This document shows, piece after piece, positions 40,731-55,730 of a stretch of DNA of 64,000 nt. Both the position numbers and the translations under genes were made by a program. The stretch comes from Eledone cirrhosa (taxonomy: Eukaryota), in the NCBI GenBank assembly GCA_964016885.1, contig OZ024745.1, forward strand, positions 67,270,001-67,334,000. Direction: 5' to 3'. The notes beneath the pieces are model-generated. The model was not told where the DNA came from and did no database searches. It worked only from the letters and a program-made list of their open reading frames with translations. The stretch's first letter is position 1, and each line of letters starts with the position of its first letter.

Positions 40731-41285
<555 letters not shown>

Positions 41286-41302
41286 TATATAGTATATATA
41301 TA

Positions 41303-41335
<33 letters not shown>

Positions 41336-41336
<1 letters not shown>

Positions 41337-42351
41337 GTTAATTAGCTTCATAGGCTCCCCAAAACTTATTGCTTTTAAAGAGTTTATGTTATTGGCATAA
41401 TGTAATATAATATAATTGTTTCTAATTTTGGCACAAGGCCAGCAATTACCCAGTACATTACTGGTACTTTATTTTATCGACCCCGTAAGGATGAAAGGCA
41501 AAGTTGACCTCGACAGGATTTGAACTCAGACCGTAAAGGGATGTAACTATGCTGGAAAGCATGGCGTCCGACTCTCTACCAATACTGCCAATCCACCGCT
41601 ATAATATAATATAATATAATATAATATGATATAATATGATATAATTGTTTCTACTTTAGGCACAAGGCCAGCAATTACCCAGTGCATTACTGGTACTTTA
41701 TTTTATCGACCCCGTAAGGATGAAAGGCAAAGTCAACCTCGGCGGGATTTGAACTCAGATCGTAAAGGGACGTAACTATGCTAGAAAGCATGGCGTCCAA
41801 CCCTCCACCGATACTGCCAAATATTATATATACATATGAGAGATGAACATTTTTGAGTCCACACATACGTAACGTTCGATATGCAAAATAACATAATAAA
41901 GTGAAATTTCGTTATCACACATAAAATATATATATATATATATTTTATGTGTGATAACGAAATTTTACTTTATTATGTTATTTTGCATATCGAACGTTAC
42001 GTATGTGTGGACTCAAAAATGTTCATCTCTCATATGTATATATAATATTATATCATATTATATCATATTATATTATATTATATTATAGCGGTGGATTGGC
42101 AGTATTGGTAGAAAGTCGGACGCCATGCTTTCCAGCATAGTTACATCCCTTTACGGTCTGAGTTCAAATCCTGCCGAGGTTAACTTTGCCTTTCATCCTT
42201 ACGTGGTCGATAAAATAAAGTACCAGTAATGTACTGGGTAATTGCTGGCCTTGTGCCAAAATTAGAAACAATTATATTATATTACATTATGCCAATAACA
42301 TAAACTCTTTAAAAGCAATAAGTTTTGGGGAGCCTATGAAGCTAATTAACG
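41336..42351. repeat. Inverted duplication of ordinary DNA centred on (TA)n at ~41935, containing three SINE S1 copies (41413-41599 -, 41641-41820 -, 42088-42275 +)
   Basis: Arms are reverse complements except for the extra SINE in the left arm and a few substitutions. Confidence 0.9.
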
Positions 42352-43793
42352 TTAATATGTCATGAAATGAACAACCCAGCATCTGTATGAAGGCTAAAAT
42401 CTGTGATGTAGATTTTCACCTGTAAGAAGACTAAGAGATATAATCCTAATAGCCCACAAATCTGAATTCATCATACGAACCCATTTTCACATGTTAACGT
42501 TATTAGCATTGTTTTACTAACACTGTGTCTTCAAAACATAGTAAAGAATTCTTGTTGTTCATCAAAACGGTAACTTCAAAATCATGATGTACTAAATTCC
42601 GAAGCATAAAGTATATGTTGGTTAGACATGTCAGACTCAATAAATTTTCAATCCTATGTATTGCCAACTTCGTTGGACTAATTCATTATTAACTTCTTTG
42701 CCGAATTAAGGAGCCTCGGAGTATTTAATATTTAATACTAATAAAAAGTTTACATAGTATTAGATATATGGTTTTGTCCTCTATTTTAGGTTTGGTAGAT
42801 ACTTTAGTAGCTGCTTTATTAATCTTATAATAGATGCCATCACACAACACTGCTTACTGGGACGCTTCGTTCATTGTTTGGTCAATACGCAATCTTAAAT
42901 ACTTTCATGTCTTGCAAAAGTGGAATCGTTAAGATTTGTTTAGAAGAAATTAAATTGATTTGAACGAGGAAAGGCAAAAACCTAAATATTGCAATATTTA
43001 GATTTGTGAGCGCTGTGCATATTTTTCAAATATTTCGACCCTTTCTTTGTCTTTGAAATAGAGGATTGTTTTTATCCATCCGGTAATAGGAAGAACAAAT
43101 GTCTCATAAGATTAATAGCAAAAAAGCAAAGTAATTTGATTAAAAACATCTTGTACTATTTAAATCGAAATGAATAATTTTATCACATCCGTAGAAAAAG
43201 TTTTAATGTTAAAATTTAGAATGATTTTTCTCATTGTTATTAGATCAAATATTGAATCACACAACTTTATGGCTGTTTTCGAATATCTATAAAAACAGTG
43301 AATTAATGACAGTTTTATCCGGAAAACTTAAGTACTAATTTTTCAAGAATTCCCACGCTACAGATAATATACATTGTGAGGCTGTATAACTTACGATTTA
43401 ATACTTTGGAATATTTAATAAATTATTTCACTACAAATCCTTAATTTCTATTAATACGATATGCTAAGCAAATTAATCCGTCAGTAGTTTATGTGATGGT
43501 ATATTCTCTGTCATGGGTTTATATATATATATATATTTGTTTTCCTTTTGCAATTGAAACTGCTGTAACCAGAATGAACGGCATCCCTTCGACAGAGGGC
43601 ATATCAAACACCAAAAACCAAAATGAAACAAAGTTTAAATTTTCAGCAGCTCTCTGACGACAATGCATTAAATAACAATTATATAAGGACATTTTAATGC
43701 CTTTGAAATGTACATAACACGCGTGATGTTAAACAGAATCTGAAGGAGAATATGTAAAACCGTCTCTCTTCTTTTTTCTTAATATACACACAC

Positions 43794-43889
<96 letters not shown>

Positions 43890-43891
<2 letters not shown>

Positions 43892-44367
43892 TTTCTGAAT
43901 TTGTTTAGCAAGATTCTTTATCTGAAATCGTGTGTTGAAACCGATATTGTTATACTTTGGGAGGGTCATGTTGCCAATAAGAAACACACGCACCAGTTGC
44001 TTTCACTTCAATTTATTATATATTTATAAATTTATAAATTTACAAATCTACAAACTTATAAATTTCTGGTTGGTTGGTTGGTTCCACAACCAGATAGTTG
44101 TTTATATATAGTCATAGTCCTTTCGTCACACACTCTGTGACCTCTTCAGGAATCCCTAGTCACTGAAGAGGTCACAGAGTGTGTGACGAAAGGACTATGA
44201 CTATATATAAACAACTATCTGGTTGTGGAACCAACCAACCAACCAGAAATTTATAAGTTTGTAGATTTGTAAATTTATAAATTTATAAATATATAATAAA
44301 TTGAAGTGAAAGCAACTGGTGCGTGTGTTTCTTATTGGCAACATGACCCTCCCAAAGTATAACAATA
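43890..44367. mobile_element. Foldback Penelope-like pLTR pair (~205-bp essentially perfect arms, centre ~44155), TA-flanked
   Basis: 43944-44149 is the reverse complement of 44163-44368; hammerhead at the centre. Confidence 0.88.
44157..44203 (+). ncRNA. Type I hammerhead ribozyme
   Basis: tagtca-CTGAAGA-g-gtcac-agagtgt-gtgac-GAAA-gga-CTA-tgacta. Confidence 0.78.
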
Positions 44368-44389
44368 TATATATATATATATATATATA

Positions 44390-45686
44390 TGGGATAAAAA
44401 GTTATGGTTATAGGTAATCCAGTTAGAGGTTGTGAGCACTCTGTATTGTAGATAGTTTTAACGTACAGCTTTGTTTTACTCAACAAGATGTTTCCATAGT
44501 TAGGTAGCGTGTTCGCGAGAATTCCTCTGCAGGTTATACTTGGAGTAATAATAGTGAAAGATTGAAGAATAACATGGTCGGCTGTACAACAAGGGGTTTT
44601 ATTTCAAATATTAACAATTGTTTCATTGATCAGGTGAGTCTAAAGGCCGCTAATCGCTCGAAGTTGCGTCACTCGACCTTAAATACAGTGTTTACCTCTG
44701 ATCAAATCATCAGAATACTAGAGATTTCACATATGGCAATGGTATATATAGATACAGCGTAGAATCAAAACAATAACATCAATAATAAAATATAATGATA
44801 GAGAGGTAAAGAAGTTACAGATGTAAAAAGTAAAAAAAATATTAGAATACGATAGCTGATAATAGTGGTGGTAGTGAGTAAGTGTATGTATAAAGATGTG
44901 AGGGTAGAGGTAGTACTAACATGAAAAGCAACATTAGATACATACATACGTGGTGGTCAAATCTTAGCGGGTTAGAAGTAGAGAATAAGAGGTAGTAACA
45001 AATGACAGATAAAAGATAAAAAATAATAAATTAAAAATTAAGTGAGAGATACAAGGATGAGACATAAGGGGTAGAGCTAAGGACAGGGAAGGAGGATTTT
45101 GATGTGTGTGTGGTAAATGTTTAGCATGATGATTGTCTTATCTTAATGGGGTTGATGTGGCTTTAGGGAGTAAAAGAAAGGTTAGGAGATTTATTATGTT
45201 GATCTAGTGACCAGTTGGTCAGTTGACAGCAAATAACAGTGTGGTGGTATGTATTCAGTACATTAAACTCCGGGTGGTTCGGCTCGAATTTAGAGATTGC
45301 TGGGTCGAATCATGTTGGTTTGAAATTTGTGAACTTGGTAGCTGCTTTGGGCCTACAGAAAATTGATCTTCCTATTTTTTTTTTTTTTTTTTTGCTGTTA
45401 AACAGCATCTTATCATACTTTAAAATATGGAATAGCTCCATATTGCAAAGTCCATAGTGGGACATTCCATTGTTGTAGGCCCTTGCTCCCGATAATTTCG
45501 ACCATATATGAAATCTCTAGTATTCTGATGTTTTGATCAGAAGTAAACACTGTATTTAAGGTCGAGTGACGCAACTTCGAGTGATTAGCGGCCTTTAGAC
45601 TCGCCTGATCAATGAAACAATTGTTAATACTTGAAATAAAACCCCTTGTTGTACAGCCAACCATGTTATTCTTCAATCTTTCACTA
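44390..45686 (-). mobile_element. Penelope-like (Naiad-type) 3' end (45500 to 44390) with an inverted pLTR copy (45503-45686), TA-flanked
   Basis: Minus-strand ARAYNNGMSHYGLCNMELFHILKYDKMLFNSK..IFCRPK matches the endonuclease C-terminus at 11600-11895. Hammerheads at 44608-44718 (-) and 45520-45630 (+, A9 to U). Confidence 0.78.
44608..44718 (-). ncRNA. Hammerhead ribozyme with ~80-nt stem II domain
   Basis: gtatt-CTGATGA-t-ttgatcag...ctgatcaa-t-GAAA-caatt-GTT-aatat. Confidence 0.72.
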
Positions 45687-45705
45687 TATATATATATATA
45701 TATAT

Positions 45706-46321
45706 ATTCTAGGGCGGGTAAAATTCCCGAGATCCATGGGCGCGTTCTCTCCAGCGGTCTCTGTTCATCATTATCGCTGCCATGTCCTGCATCTCCAACA
45801 GACCAGTGTCTGTCCTTAGGGCATCAACATACGTTAACCTTGGTCTTCCTCTTCCAGTGTGTCCATGTAAGGGCTCCCACAGGAGCACTGAGTGCAATGT
45901 CAACTCTGGATGTCGATGAGCATGTTCAGCTAACCACAGTCTCCTCTGTGTCACTTTTGAGCTGACTTTTGGGAGGCTGCCATACAGCTCTGAGTTTTTC
46001 ATCCTCAATGTGTAGAGACATCATCAGCATTCTCGTGTAGCACCCATCCACCATCTGAGTGAGTTTCTTGGTCAGTGTCCAAGTCTCAGACCCGTACAGC
46101 AGCACAGACTCCACTACAGCAATGAAGATGCGGATTTTCAGGTCTTTACGAAGGTCCGATTTCCACACCGATCTCAAGCTGTAGCACGCCGCCCAAGCTT
46201 TGCTCTTCCTCTCAACCACATCATCTTCCGTATTCCCAATCTTTGCTCCCAAATACAGGAAGTCCTCAACCAATTCTAGCGGCTTCCCGCCTACATTAGT
46301 AATCCCCTCTGGCTTCAACAT
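45706..46321 (-). mobile_element. RTE-clade LINE 3' fragment ending in (TA)n
   Basis: LELVEDFLYLG, ESVLLYGSETWTLTK, DGCYTRML, LLWEP..GRGRPRLTYVD, NRDRWR. Confidence 0.9.
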
Positions 46322-46410
46322 TCTCTACCAGATATTTTGTTTTAGTCTCATTCATTCTCAACCACACACTCATCGACACAGTCTCAACCTCCGAGAATAA
46401 TAATTTTAGA

Positions 46411-46450
<40 letters not shown>

Positions 46451-46639
46451 TCTAAAATTATTATTCTCGACTCTAAAAATGAGATAATCCCTTCTTGTCT
46501 ACATATAAACATTTACTCTTTTTTTTACAAAATCATTGAACCTGATTAATTATACCTGTTACATTCCTACTTAGGTTTGTGTAACACATGGAATAGTGGT
46601 CTCATATATCTTTTCTACCCTGCCTCTTGGTTAAACTTT

Positions 46640-47792
46640 ATTATAAAATGTATTTTGTTACCCAGCTTAAACCTCCGTATTTGAACATGGTCGCTTGGAT
46701 GCCAATGTGCACCAAGGAAGAACAGAGATCAGTGATCCGATTTCTCTACTCTGAGGGTGTGTCAGGGGCTGAAATTCATCACAGGCTTTTATTACAATAC
46801 AGGAACAACTCTCTACCGCTTATAAGTATGTATGAGTGGATTGAAAATGGTCAGACAAGTGTGAAGCACGAAGAAGGAATAGGACGACCATTTACCTCCA
46901 CTACTGACGTAAAAATTCAACAAGCTTCAAAAATGGTTCTGGCAAACAGACGAGTGACCATTGAGGAGGTGGAATGTTCTCTGCAAATTGCTCATTATTC
47001 TGCTTACGATATCATCCATAAGCTTCGCTTACGTAAAGTATGTGTGCGATGGGTGCCAAGAGAGGTTACCGAAGTGCATAAGTGCAATTGTGTGGAGATC
47101 TGCCAACGCTCACTCAACCTCTACAAAGATGAGGGCGAATAGTCATAGAAGAAGAGTCCTGGATCCATCATTTTGAACCAGAATTCAAAAGGCTGAGATG
47201 AAGTGGAAACCGTCGGTTTCGCCAGTGAAAACGAAATTCAAGACCCAGCCTTTTGCAGAAGTTATGCTAACTGTTTTGGGGACGCAAAAGGGCTTATATT
47301 GGAGAATTAACTGGAAAAGGGATTTACAGTTATCAATGTAGGTTACAGTGAAACGCTGGCCAACAAACTGAAATCAGTAATTCGCATCAAACGCCGAGGT
47401 CTGTTATCGAAACAAGTGTTATTGCTGCACGAAAATCCACGCCCATATATGGCTACCCACACCGTTAAAACCATAGAAAAATTAGGTTTTGATTGCTGAA
47501 ACACTCTGCATGCAACCCATATCTGACCTCTTCCGACTATTACCTCTTTGAACCACTCAAACATCGTTTACGTGGTCGTTGATTTGCTGCGGACGAAGAA
47601 GTGCACAAAGCGATGGATAAATGGCTGTGTGACCAGCCAAAAACCTTATTCTCCGATAGAATAAGCAAGCTTGTGGACCGCTGGAAAACGTACATCGAAA
47701 AGCAAGAAAACTATGTCGAAAATGATGTAATTGTTCAACTCCTGCTTTAAATTACAGACAGAAGAGTGCGTATAATTTTTTACTTCAACTAA
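46640..47792 (+). mobile_element. Decayed mariner transposon (transposase pseudogene ~46706-47725)
   Basis: KEEQRSVIRFL..GAEIHHRL, GRP, KVCVRWVPRE, ESWIHHFEPE, LLHENPRP, RWKTYIEKQENYVE; several stops and frameshifts. Confidence 0.9.
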
Positions 47793-50198
47793 TATAAACC
47801 TTATTATGAGAACACGCAGAAAGATATTATAACCTTCTTAATTCAGAAAGTCTTTAAGTTTAATACTTCTTCCGGTCGGCCTAAAAGGTTTCTGTCTCGA
47901 GCAGATGGCAAGGATTAATTCAATTCCATCTTAATAATTGGAATGCTTCTAAATATTATGATATCAGCTTTAGCGACAGACAAGCTGCAAGATGAATTCT
48001 TGTCAGAAAATACATTGCTAGAGGAATTATTGATCGGAAAACATTACAGCATATTGTAATATATATACGTCCACATAGCTAACGTTATTGTGTTGCTTAT
48101 ATATTTAATAACATTATATACGTATCGCTAAGCAAGATATTGAGGAATGTATTTAGTATAGCGTTTGGAGTTATCATTCACAAATATTCATTCCATATCA
48201 TTTCTCACCTAAACACCTACGTAAGAAAAAAATTAAGAAAATAAGGGTTCTTCCTAAAAGCTCGTAATTTCCCACGTTTAATGTAATAACATATTTCTCT
48301 GTCTGATATCGACTATATTTATGGAAATCATTCGCTCCAATGATTTTAAATGATAGGCAAAGCGATCGTTTGAATACATGCCAAAATCAATGAAAGAATG
48401 GATGCCAGCTATCTTGGTGAATGGCTTGTATTTATTATGAATTATGTTAACTGTTGCCATTTTGAGCCAAAAAATAATATTTTAAAGATAAAAACGTATG
48501 AATTGTTACATAAAATACATAGTTATTACATCAAATATTGGTTTGAATATATTATATGAATCAATCATATAATGAAGTTGATAATAGGTCAAAATGAGAT
48601 AAGATAAATGAAGTGCTATATAAAAATATTAAAATATAATTAAATGATCAATAAGCATTCATTCTTTAAAACTTTTGGTTGTAAATGAAACTTTGGAAAT
48701 ATCTTCCAACACTATTATCAAACTAGGTAATTGCCATACTCACATAAAGTTTATATATTATAAGATCATTGTAGAGCATGAAGATGTTTCTAAACTTGTT
48801 TAGGATTTTTATATGTTCCTGTTATATATTTAAAATGGTACAATAATGGACATATCTGTATAACAGGCACTGAATGTAAAAAAGACATAAATATCTCGTT
48901 GTCTTATTGGTAGATCGTTTGACAAGAGAATCGGTTGTTGAATTAAATGTGAAATATAGTACTGTAGCAGAAAACAAATGGCTAAAGTGCAGAAGAAATT
49001 TTTGTAATACATTAACTTATAAGTAAAATTTGTAATACATTAACTTATAAGTAAAATTTCGTTGTATTTTGTCTCATATATATTCATATATATATTCACA
49101 CCCAGCCTAACGTCTGTACATACCCACCCTGGCACGTCTGGATGGATGAAAAGCAAAATACACCTCGGCATGATTTGAGCTCAGAACACTTAGACAAGGA
49201 ACAAAGCTGAAACAAATCTGTCAGATCGACAACCTTACACGTACAAAAACAGAAAAACCATATGGCTTCGATAGCGATTAAAAGGAACATGTGTAGCTTG
49301 GATTTCATACGTAAATATTATGATAAATAGGCGTGCTGAAGCCAGTGTGTACAAAACGCCAGCACCGAGAAATATCGCAATTTAAACAAAGTATGAAATT
49401 TGTTTTTTAATTCTCGCTGGTAAAATATACTGCGTACATATTTCACAGCAACACAACCAAAAATGGAAACTCCCAAGTAAGATACATAATATTGGAAGAA
49501 TATCCTTGATATAAAAGCAATTTTAGATCCCAACAAACATAGATACTTTAAGAAGATATATGGTCAAAACCAAACATGACTCTCCTCCATAAATAATACA
49601 AATGATGAATCAAAAATGTACAACAACAATAAAATTCGAAAACATTAGGTAAGCAAACCCCTAATATAGAGAGAGCAAAATACAAGCAAACCAAATAAAT
49701 ACAAAGTTCAATAAAATCAAACCCTGTCATATCAAACCGACACTAACTGACAAAAGTCAATATCATATGCCTCCACCGTACATCAAAGCCAATATTATGG
49801 CTTGGTTGTCACAACGCTGCTCTCTCATCCGAGCCCATCAAATTGTTTTAAATCTTGTGGGCTGCTTCTCAGTTCACAGAACTGGGAATTATGTTTTGCT
49901 GCCAGTTACGGTAGATATCTGTTAAAAAGGCTCGCTGAGCAAGTCTGACATATGAGTGTAATGTTTCTAGGGTAGACTATCCAAAGCTGGTGATTTACCC
50001 AAAGCATTACTGGTATTGCTGTTGCCGTTGCTTTTCAAAGTTTTATATGATTTTAATGTATGCCTTCAAAATGTCCTCTTTCTCAGTCTGGTAATTTCTG
50101 CAGTATATAAATATAATTGTAACGTATATTTCAACAGCTATTTGAACATTATGACACCAAATAAACAATATAAAATGTTCAACCAAACACATATACAT

Positions 50199-50314
<116 letters not shown>

Positions 50315-52124
50315 AACTAGACACAGTTAAAGCTTTACAATATACAGTGCGTCCCAGAGGTAACAGTAAAACTTAGCATCGCGGGTTCAGGCGGTGTTGG
50401 TGGGCTTTCTCTTGTGTGTGGGAGCCCATGTGCAGACCGCCTCGGGCGCCCAACGGACAGAATGGAGAAAATGTTACCCCTAAAGATAGTGAGAAGACGC
50501 TTTGGAATAACCATTCCAACTCGCTGGGTTCGCTCCTGTGGGTCGCCAACACAACCCCGATATTAATGAGTAGGGACGTGGTCCTGCAAATCTCCACTAC
50601 TCGACCACAAACCTATCAGAGAATGACCGACACTTTGCTCTCGTCGTCCTGACGAGCAGAAATCCCTGAGTTAGTCGCCAAATGCACCAAGTTGCTGCTG
50701 GAGAAGGTATTGTGCGTATTAGAATATAAATAATATGCACTTTGTAAATAATATGGTTATTGATTTAAAGAGTTTGATGTTTAGCTTGTTCGGGTGCAAT
50801 AAATCTTAGCAAAGAATTAACGACTTCGATTATTTTATGGACGGACACATTCGAAATGTAAAAACTCTTGTTATTTGAAATATCATTAGCAAACATAGAT
50901 AAATGTGATTGATTAATTGATTGTTTCATTGATATATTGTAAACAGCTGTTATTAACCAAATAATTTTAGTTCGTAACATGTTATCAATCAGATACTTAT
51001 TTCATTTAGGCATCAAATGATAAATGTGTTAGTAGTGTTTGCTGATTCATAAATTTTCGACGATAGATTTTTTATTGATGATCAATTCAATACGATTAGT
51101 AAGTTGAGCAACTTAAATAATTCTATAACGGCGATTAGGGAATTTGGAATATGATATCTAAAATTTCTCTTAGAGAAAAACTCGGGCAATAATTTAATAG
51201 TATGTTACCGTATAGCATTACATTATCAAATTGTTTTATAAGAATATGTGCTTAGTGATTAAGAGGTAAAGGACTATTTCTTCAAATCTAATTCCCTTTA
51301 ATGTCCACACTGTCATCATTTCTATATGTATCAGTCGGGGAAGCGTTGATATCTTCTTATTCCTAAATATTTTTTGTTTAGTCCGACCTCAGTATATTAG
51401 CTCTTTATATTTCTTTTTGTTTTATATAAACATCAAAGCTAAAGCCATGTTGGATCTTCACAACAATTGATTTTATCACGTATGGTAAAGTGTAAACTAT
51501 GTATGAGTTGGTTTTAATTTTCATGCGTAGATTCATGAAATATCAGTTAATATTTTGGCCATATTAGTATTTTTGATTACAGCTCTCATAATTTTTAAAT
51601 AAAATTACTACGTTTTACCGCATAGGGGAAGTCGGCAGTCTAATTACAAGAATTAAAACTAAAATATAATCCTTTTATCACTTTATTTCACCTAGAACAA
51701 GAGTAATACTACATTTATATCAAATAATTACATAGAATGTCTAAGATATATAAGACTATTCATTTCATTTCATTATTCGACTATACAATCAATTTTTCAG
51801 GTCATTAGGGTATATCCATTGCACAATATATTACTGGTATTATCTTGACGATTTTAGTGCCATGAACTTAAATACATGTGCGTATTTTAATACACATATA
51901 TTTTTTATATGAGTAGGAACGAAGTATCAATATAACATCATTATGTTTATTCACACCTGACGCACGTTTCGTGATCAATCAGCTCAGGGTACGATTGGTG
52001 TCGATCTGAATGCTCAAACTGGTGAACCAATAATAACTAAACTTTACACACCAATAAACTATATAAATATTTTTTTATGTTTGCCTTTTACACACACAAA
52101 CACACACACACACACACATGTATG

Positions 52125-52199
<75 letters not shown>

Positions 52200-52531
52200 G
52201 TAAAAGGTAAACAGAAATAACAACACAATAGGTACAGTATATGGAAGCAATATATTAGGTTAACGCTTGAAATTGCAGGAAGATGGTCTTGACATTTCGA
52301 ACGCTAGTCCTTCATCAGAAAAAAGAATGATAAATAAGATAGATTGAAGTAATGGGCGGGTTGGAATTGGAAAAAATGTCTTTAGATAAAAAAAAATAAC
52401 AGGTCCATTCATGTTGACATCTCTTGGGGAAAAAAATATATATATATATATATATGCATACATACTTACATAATTAGATATATAGATATAAACACACATT
52501 CATTTTAAAAAGGCTAAATAGTGAGGCTTGT

Positions 52532-52600
<69 letters not shown>

Positions 52601-52657
52601 CAAATTATAAAGTAAGAAGCAATATAATAGACACAGATATATACCTATTTTTTCTTC

Positions 52658-52757
52658 AATGTCCCGACTGTACAGTTTCGCTGGTCAGTATGCAACAATC
52701 TTATATCATAGCGATGCAACATTGTTGTGAGGTAAGCCAGCTTTTCAAGGGAACACC
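52658..52757 (-). ncRNA. Hammerhead ribozyme with U3-A8 core and long stem II, in a TA-flanked element (~52600-53050)
   Basis: ggtgttccc-TTGAAAA-gctgg...ccagc-GAAA-ctgtaca-GTC-gggacatt; palindromic stem III. Confidence 0.75.
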
Positions 52758-53083
52758 TCAGGGAAAGAGCGCTTCCAGACACGTCCGTAGCAAGCGAGAA
52801 AATTTCAAAAAGGTGGAGGGAGATATTATCACGTGATACACCAGTCAAGAAAGGGGACTAAATCCCTTGTAGCAGTGAAAAATATCTCATAAGGCGGATA
52901 GAGATATTGATATGATACCGAGGCTGATACCGAGGCTACAGATGGGTGGTAAGGTTGACTGAAAGTGTTTATAGTGTTTGCTTAAAAGCAGTTTCTATAC
53001 TTCCTTGGTTACTCTACCGTGAGGGAGTTTGAGACAATAATGAGAGGTACGCACATATATGTGCATACACATACATACACATG

Positions 53084-53120
<37 letters not shown>

Positions 53121-54132
53121 GAATATGTGTGATGAAAAAGTGTAGTGTTACAACTGATGAACTTAGGTCATAGACTAAATATCATGCAGCGCATGTAACA
53201 TTGTACCCGACGCAAAGGAAAGTTTTAGATGATGATGATGTTTCCAGGATTATTTTCAGCATCACACGTTTTATTGACATGCTTCAAAAGCTCATTCCCT
53301 TCTAAAACTAAACGAGTAGCATATTCTTTTTCAAACTGTACCCTCATTATCCATTTCAAACCTTCGACTTAACTATACTTGTATTTGATGTCATCAACTA
53401 AATTCTCCACTTCATACCCCACCACTGGTCAACATTCAAGCGTTTCTTATCATATTTCTGGTGAAAGGTTTTCAATATCTGCCTATATTATTTCACTTCA
53501 TTATCTAACATTGAATGTTCTCTGATCAAATATTTTAATTTATTTCGTAGATTCAACCTTGTCGGCTAATTTCTACATTGATTTGGCATTAAATCCTGTT
53601 TCTTTTTTTTGGTGTTGTTGTTATTTTTTTTGCCATCCACATAGTTCACTAGATGACAAAAAAAGATGAAAAGTTGTTCAAGGCAAGAAAGAATTCTGAC
53701 ACAGACGCGTGAATATAGGCGTTGCATACAAAGACACAAGCGGGAGATTGGCCATAAAAATATAATTGGATAAGATATGTGTAGAAAAGGGATATCAGGG
53801 AAAATTATTTCCTATGAACAATGAACCAGAAGATATCACGTTCGGCTTCAGAATACAGTATCAGTTTGAAAATAGGGAAAATCAGACGAAATGAAAATAG
53901 AAGAAAATGAGGAGCGGAAAATAATACTGTAAACGAGAGAATCATTCAAAAGAAATTTTATAAAGTAAATAGCTACCCAGGATGATGGATAGCTACTCTG
54001 TAATATAATTTCCACAAAAACATCTTTATTAATATAAAGATTGGTAAAACCAATAGCATTTTATTATTATTATTTGAGTTCAAGTCTTTGAGTCTAAATC
54101 CCGCTGAGGTTAGCTTTGTAGGTAGTAGTAGC

Positions 54133-54164
<32 letters not shown>

Positions 54165-55730
54165 GAGTAGGAGGAGGAGGAGGAGGAGGAGGAGGAGGAA
54201 GAGGAGCAGTTTCATCCTAGGTTTAATCTTATTCAGCCATAAACATCGTGTTTTCTTTCTTTTCTTCTTTTTGTCTTTTTCACAGACATTTTATTTCGGA
54301 CTACATTATCCAATATCTTCTTTTTAGGACGTCAGAATGCTTGAATTTGGGTCGATTTGGTTTTCAGTGTTATTTATCGCGGGTCAATTGATCACATAGA
54401 ACCTCCCTCGTTGGCTCATAGAGATATTGAATAAACGTGCACCCGGTATGAAAATAATATTGAGAAACAATTGGAAGTAAAATATTTGCTCTAGATAACT
54501 TTGTTCAAAGCTGAAACAACAAATTGATGGCAATAACAGAAATTTGAACATTGCAAAACAAGATAAGGGTAAATATATTGTAACGTTAGTCCAAAGACAC
54601 TTCGGAGGAACCCTATTTCGGCCTCTTCTATTCGTGGGCATATTCTGTCTCAAGATTCATGATTTATCCTTTCGTTCAGAAATCAGCAGAGTAGATTTTA
54701 TCACTTTAACAACAAAATATTAATTTGACCTTTATTCCGTTGGGAATATATCAAAGTTCAGTCAAAAGAAAGTTAAAGATTATTTATTTACTTCCATGGA
54801 AGAACAAAAGCAACATTTGCATATGGACTTTAAAGAACGGAAAGCTTACCATTTTTGTTCATATTACATAATAAGTGTATTATCAAGGATTTGGTTTTCA
54901 TAACGATTTTTTATCAATTATTCCCTCCGTATTTTTTTCGCTAATTTGAAGTTACTCAATCTACCACATAAATCCCAGATTGGTGATCCAAACTGCCAAC
55001 TTGTTAACAGAGAATTTAATGAATTAATTATAGAAATATATATTTAATTTTCAAGTCAAATAATTTTGAGTAATAATTTCTCAAAGGAAAATTCGAGGAC
55101 TACAATCGAAGGATCATGATTTTGATCTATTTGGCTTTCATTCATCTTCAATGCAGTCATAATCGGTCACCTTTCTATGTCAGACAGCTGAAATTCCTAT
55201 CGATAACTTCCCAAATGTTATATGTATACATTATGTCAAAGCTACATCACATACCGATTTATTCAATATATTGATTGATATTCTTAATGAATGGTTAGGT
55301 AAATATACGAGATCAAAGTCCCGCCTGTTTACGCTTTAGCTATGCATGTTGTCGGTATCGCATTTCTCCAGAACCGACCACGTGTTTCCTCTTTAAAATT
55401 CTCATTTTAGAATACTGAAAATATATTATTATCCATAATCAACTCATACTCTCTCTGTGGTGTATTATGTAAGTTTTATTGTACAAATTGTGGAAATTTA
55501 AATGACTGCATAATTCAGTTGGGATATCAATTCATATCGATATAACTAAACAGGTTCATGCGATTCTAGTTGTATTGGAGTCGAATGAGATCCAGCAAAG
55601 TTGAAAGTGTAATCTAGGATCTATAAAATTAAAATATGGAGCGAAGATAAATATGCATTTTCATATGTATTTAAATAATATTTTAATAGCAGTTACCTAT
55701 GTTTTCTACCGAAGTTTCACACAACACACA

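Noticed and set aside
45285-45330. SECIS-like ATGA-N11-AA on minus after the endonuclease stop
   Set aside because: Helix II does not pair, and the upstream Cys codon is TGC.
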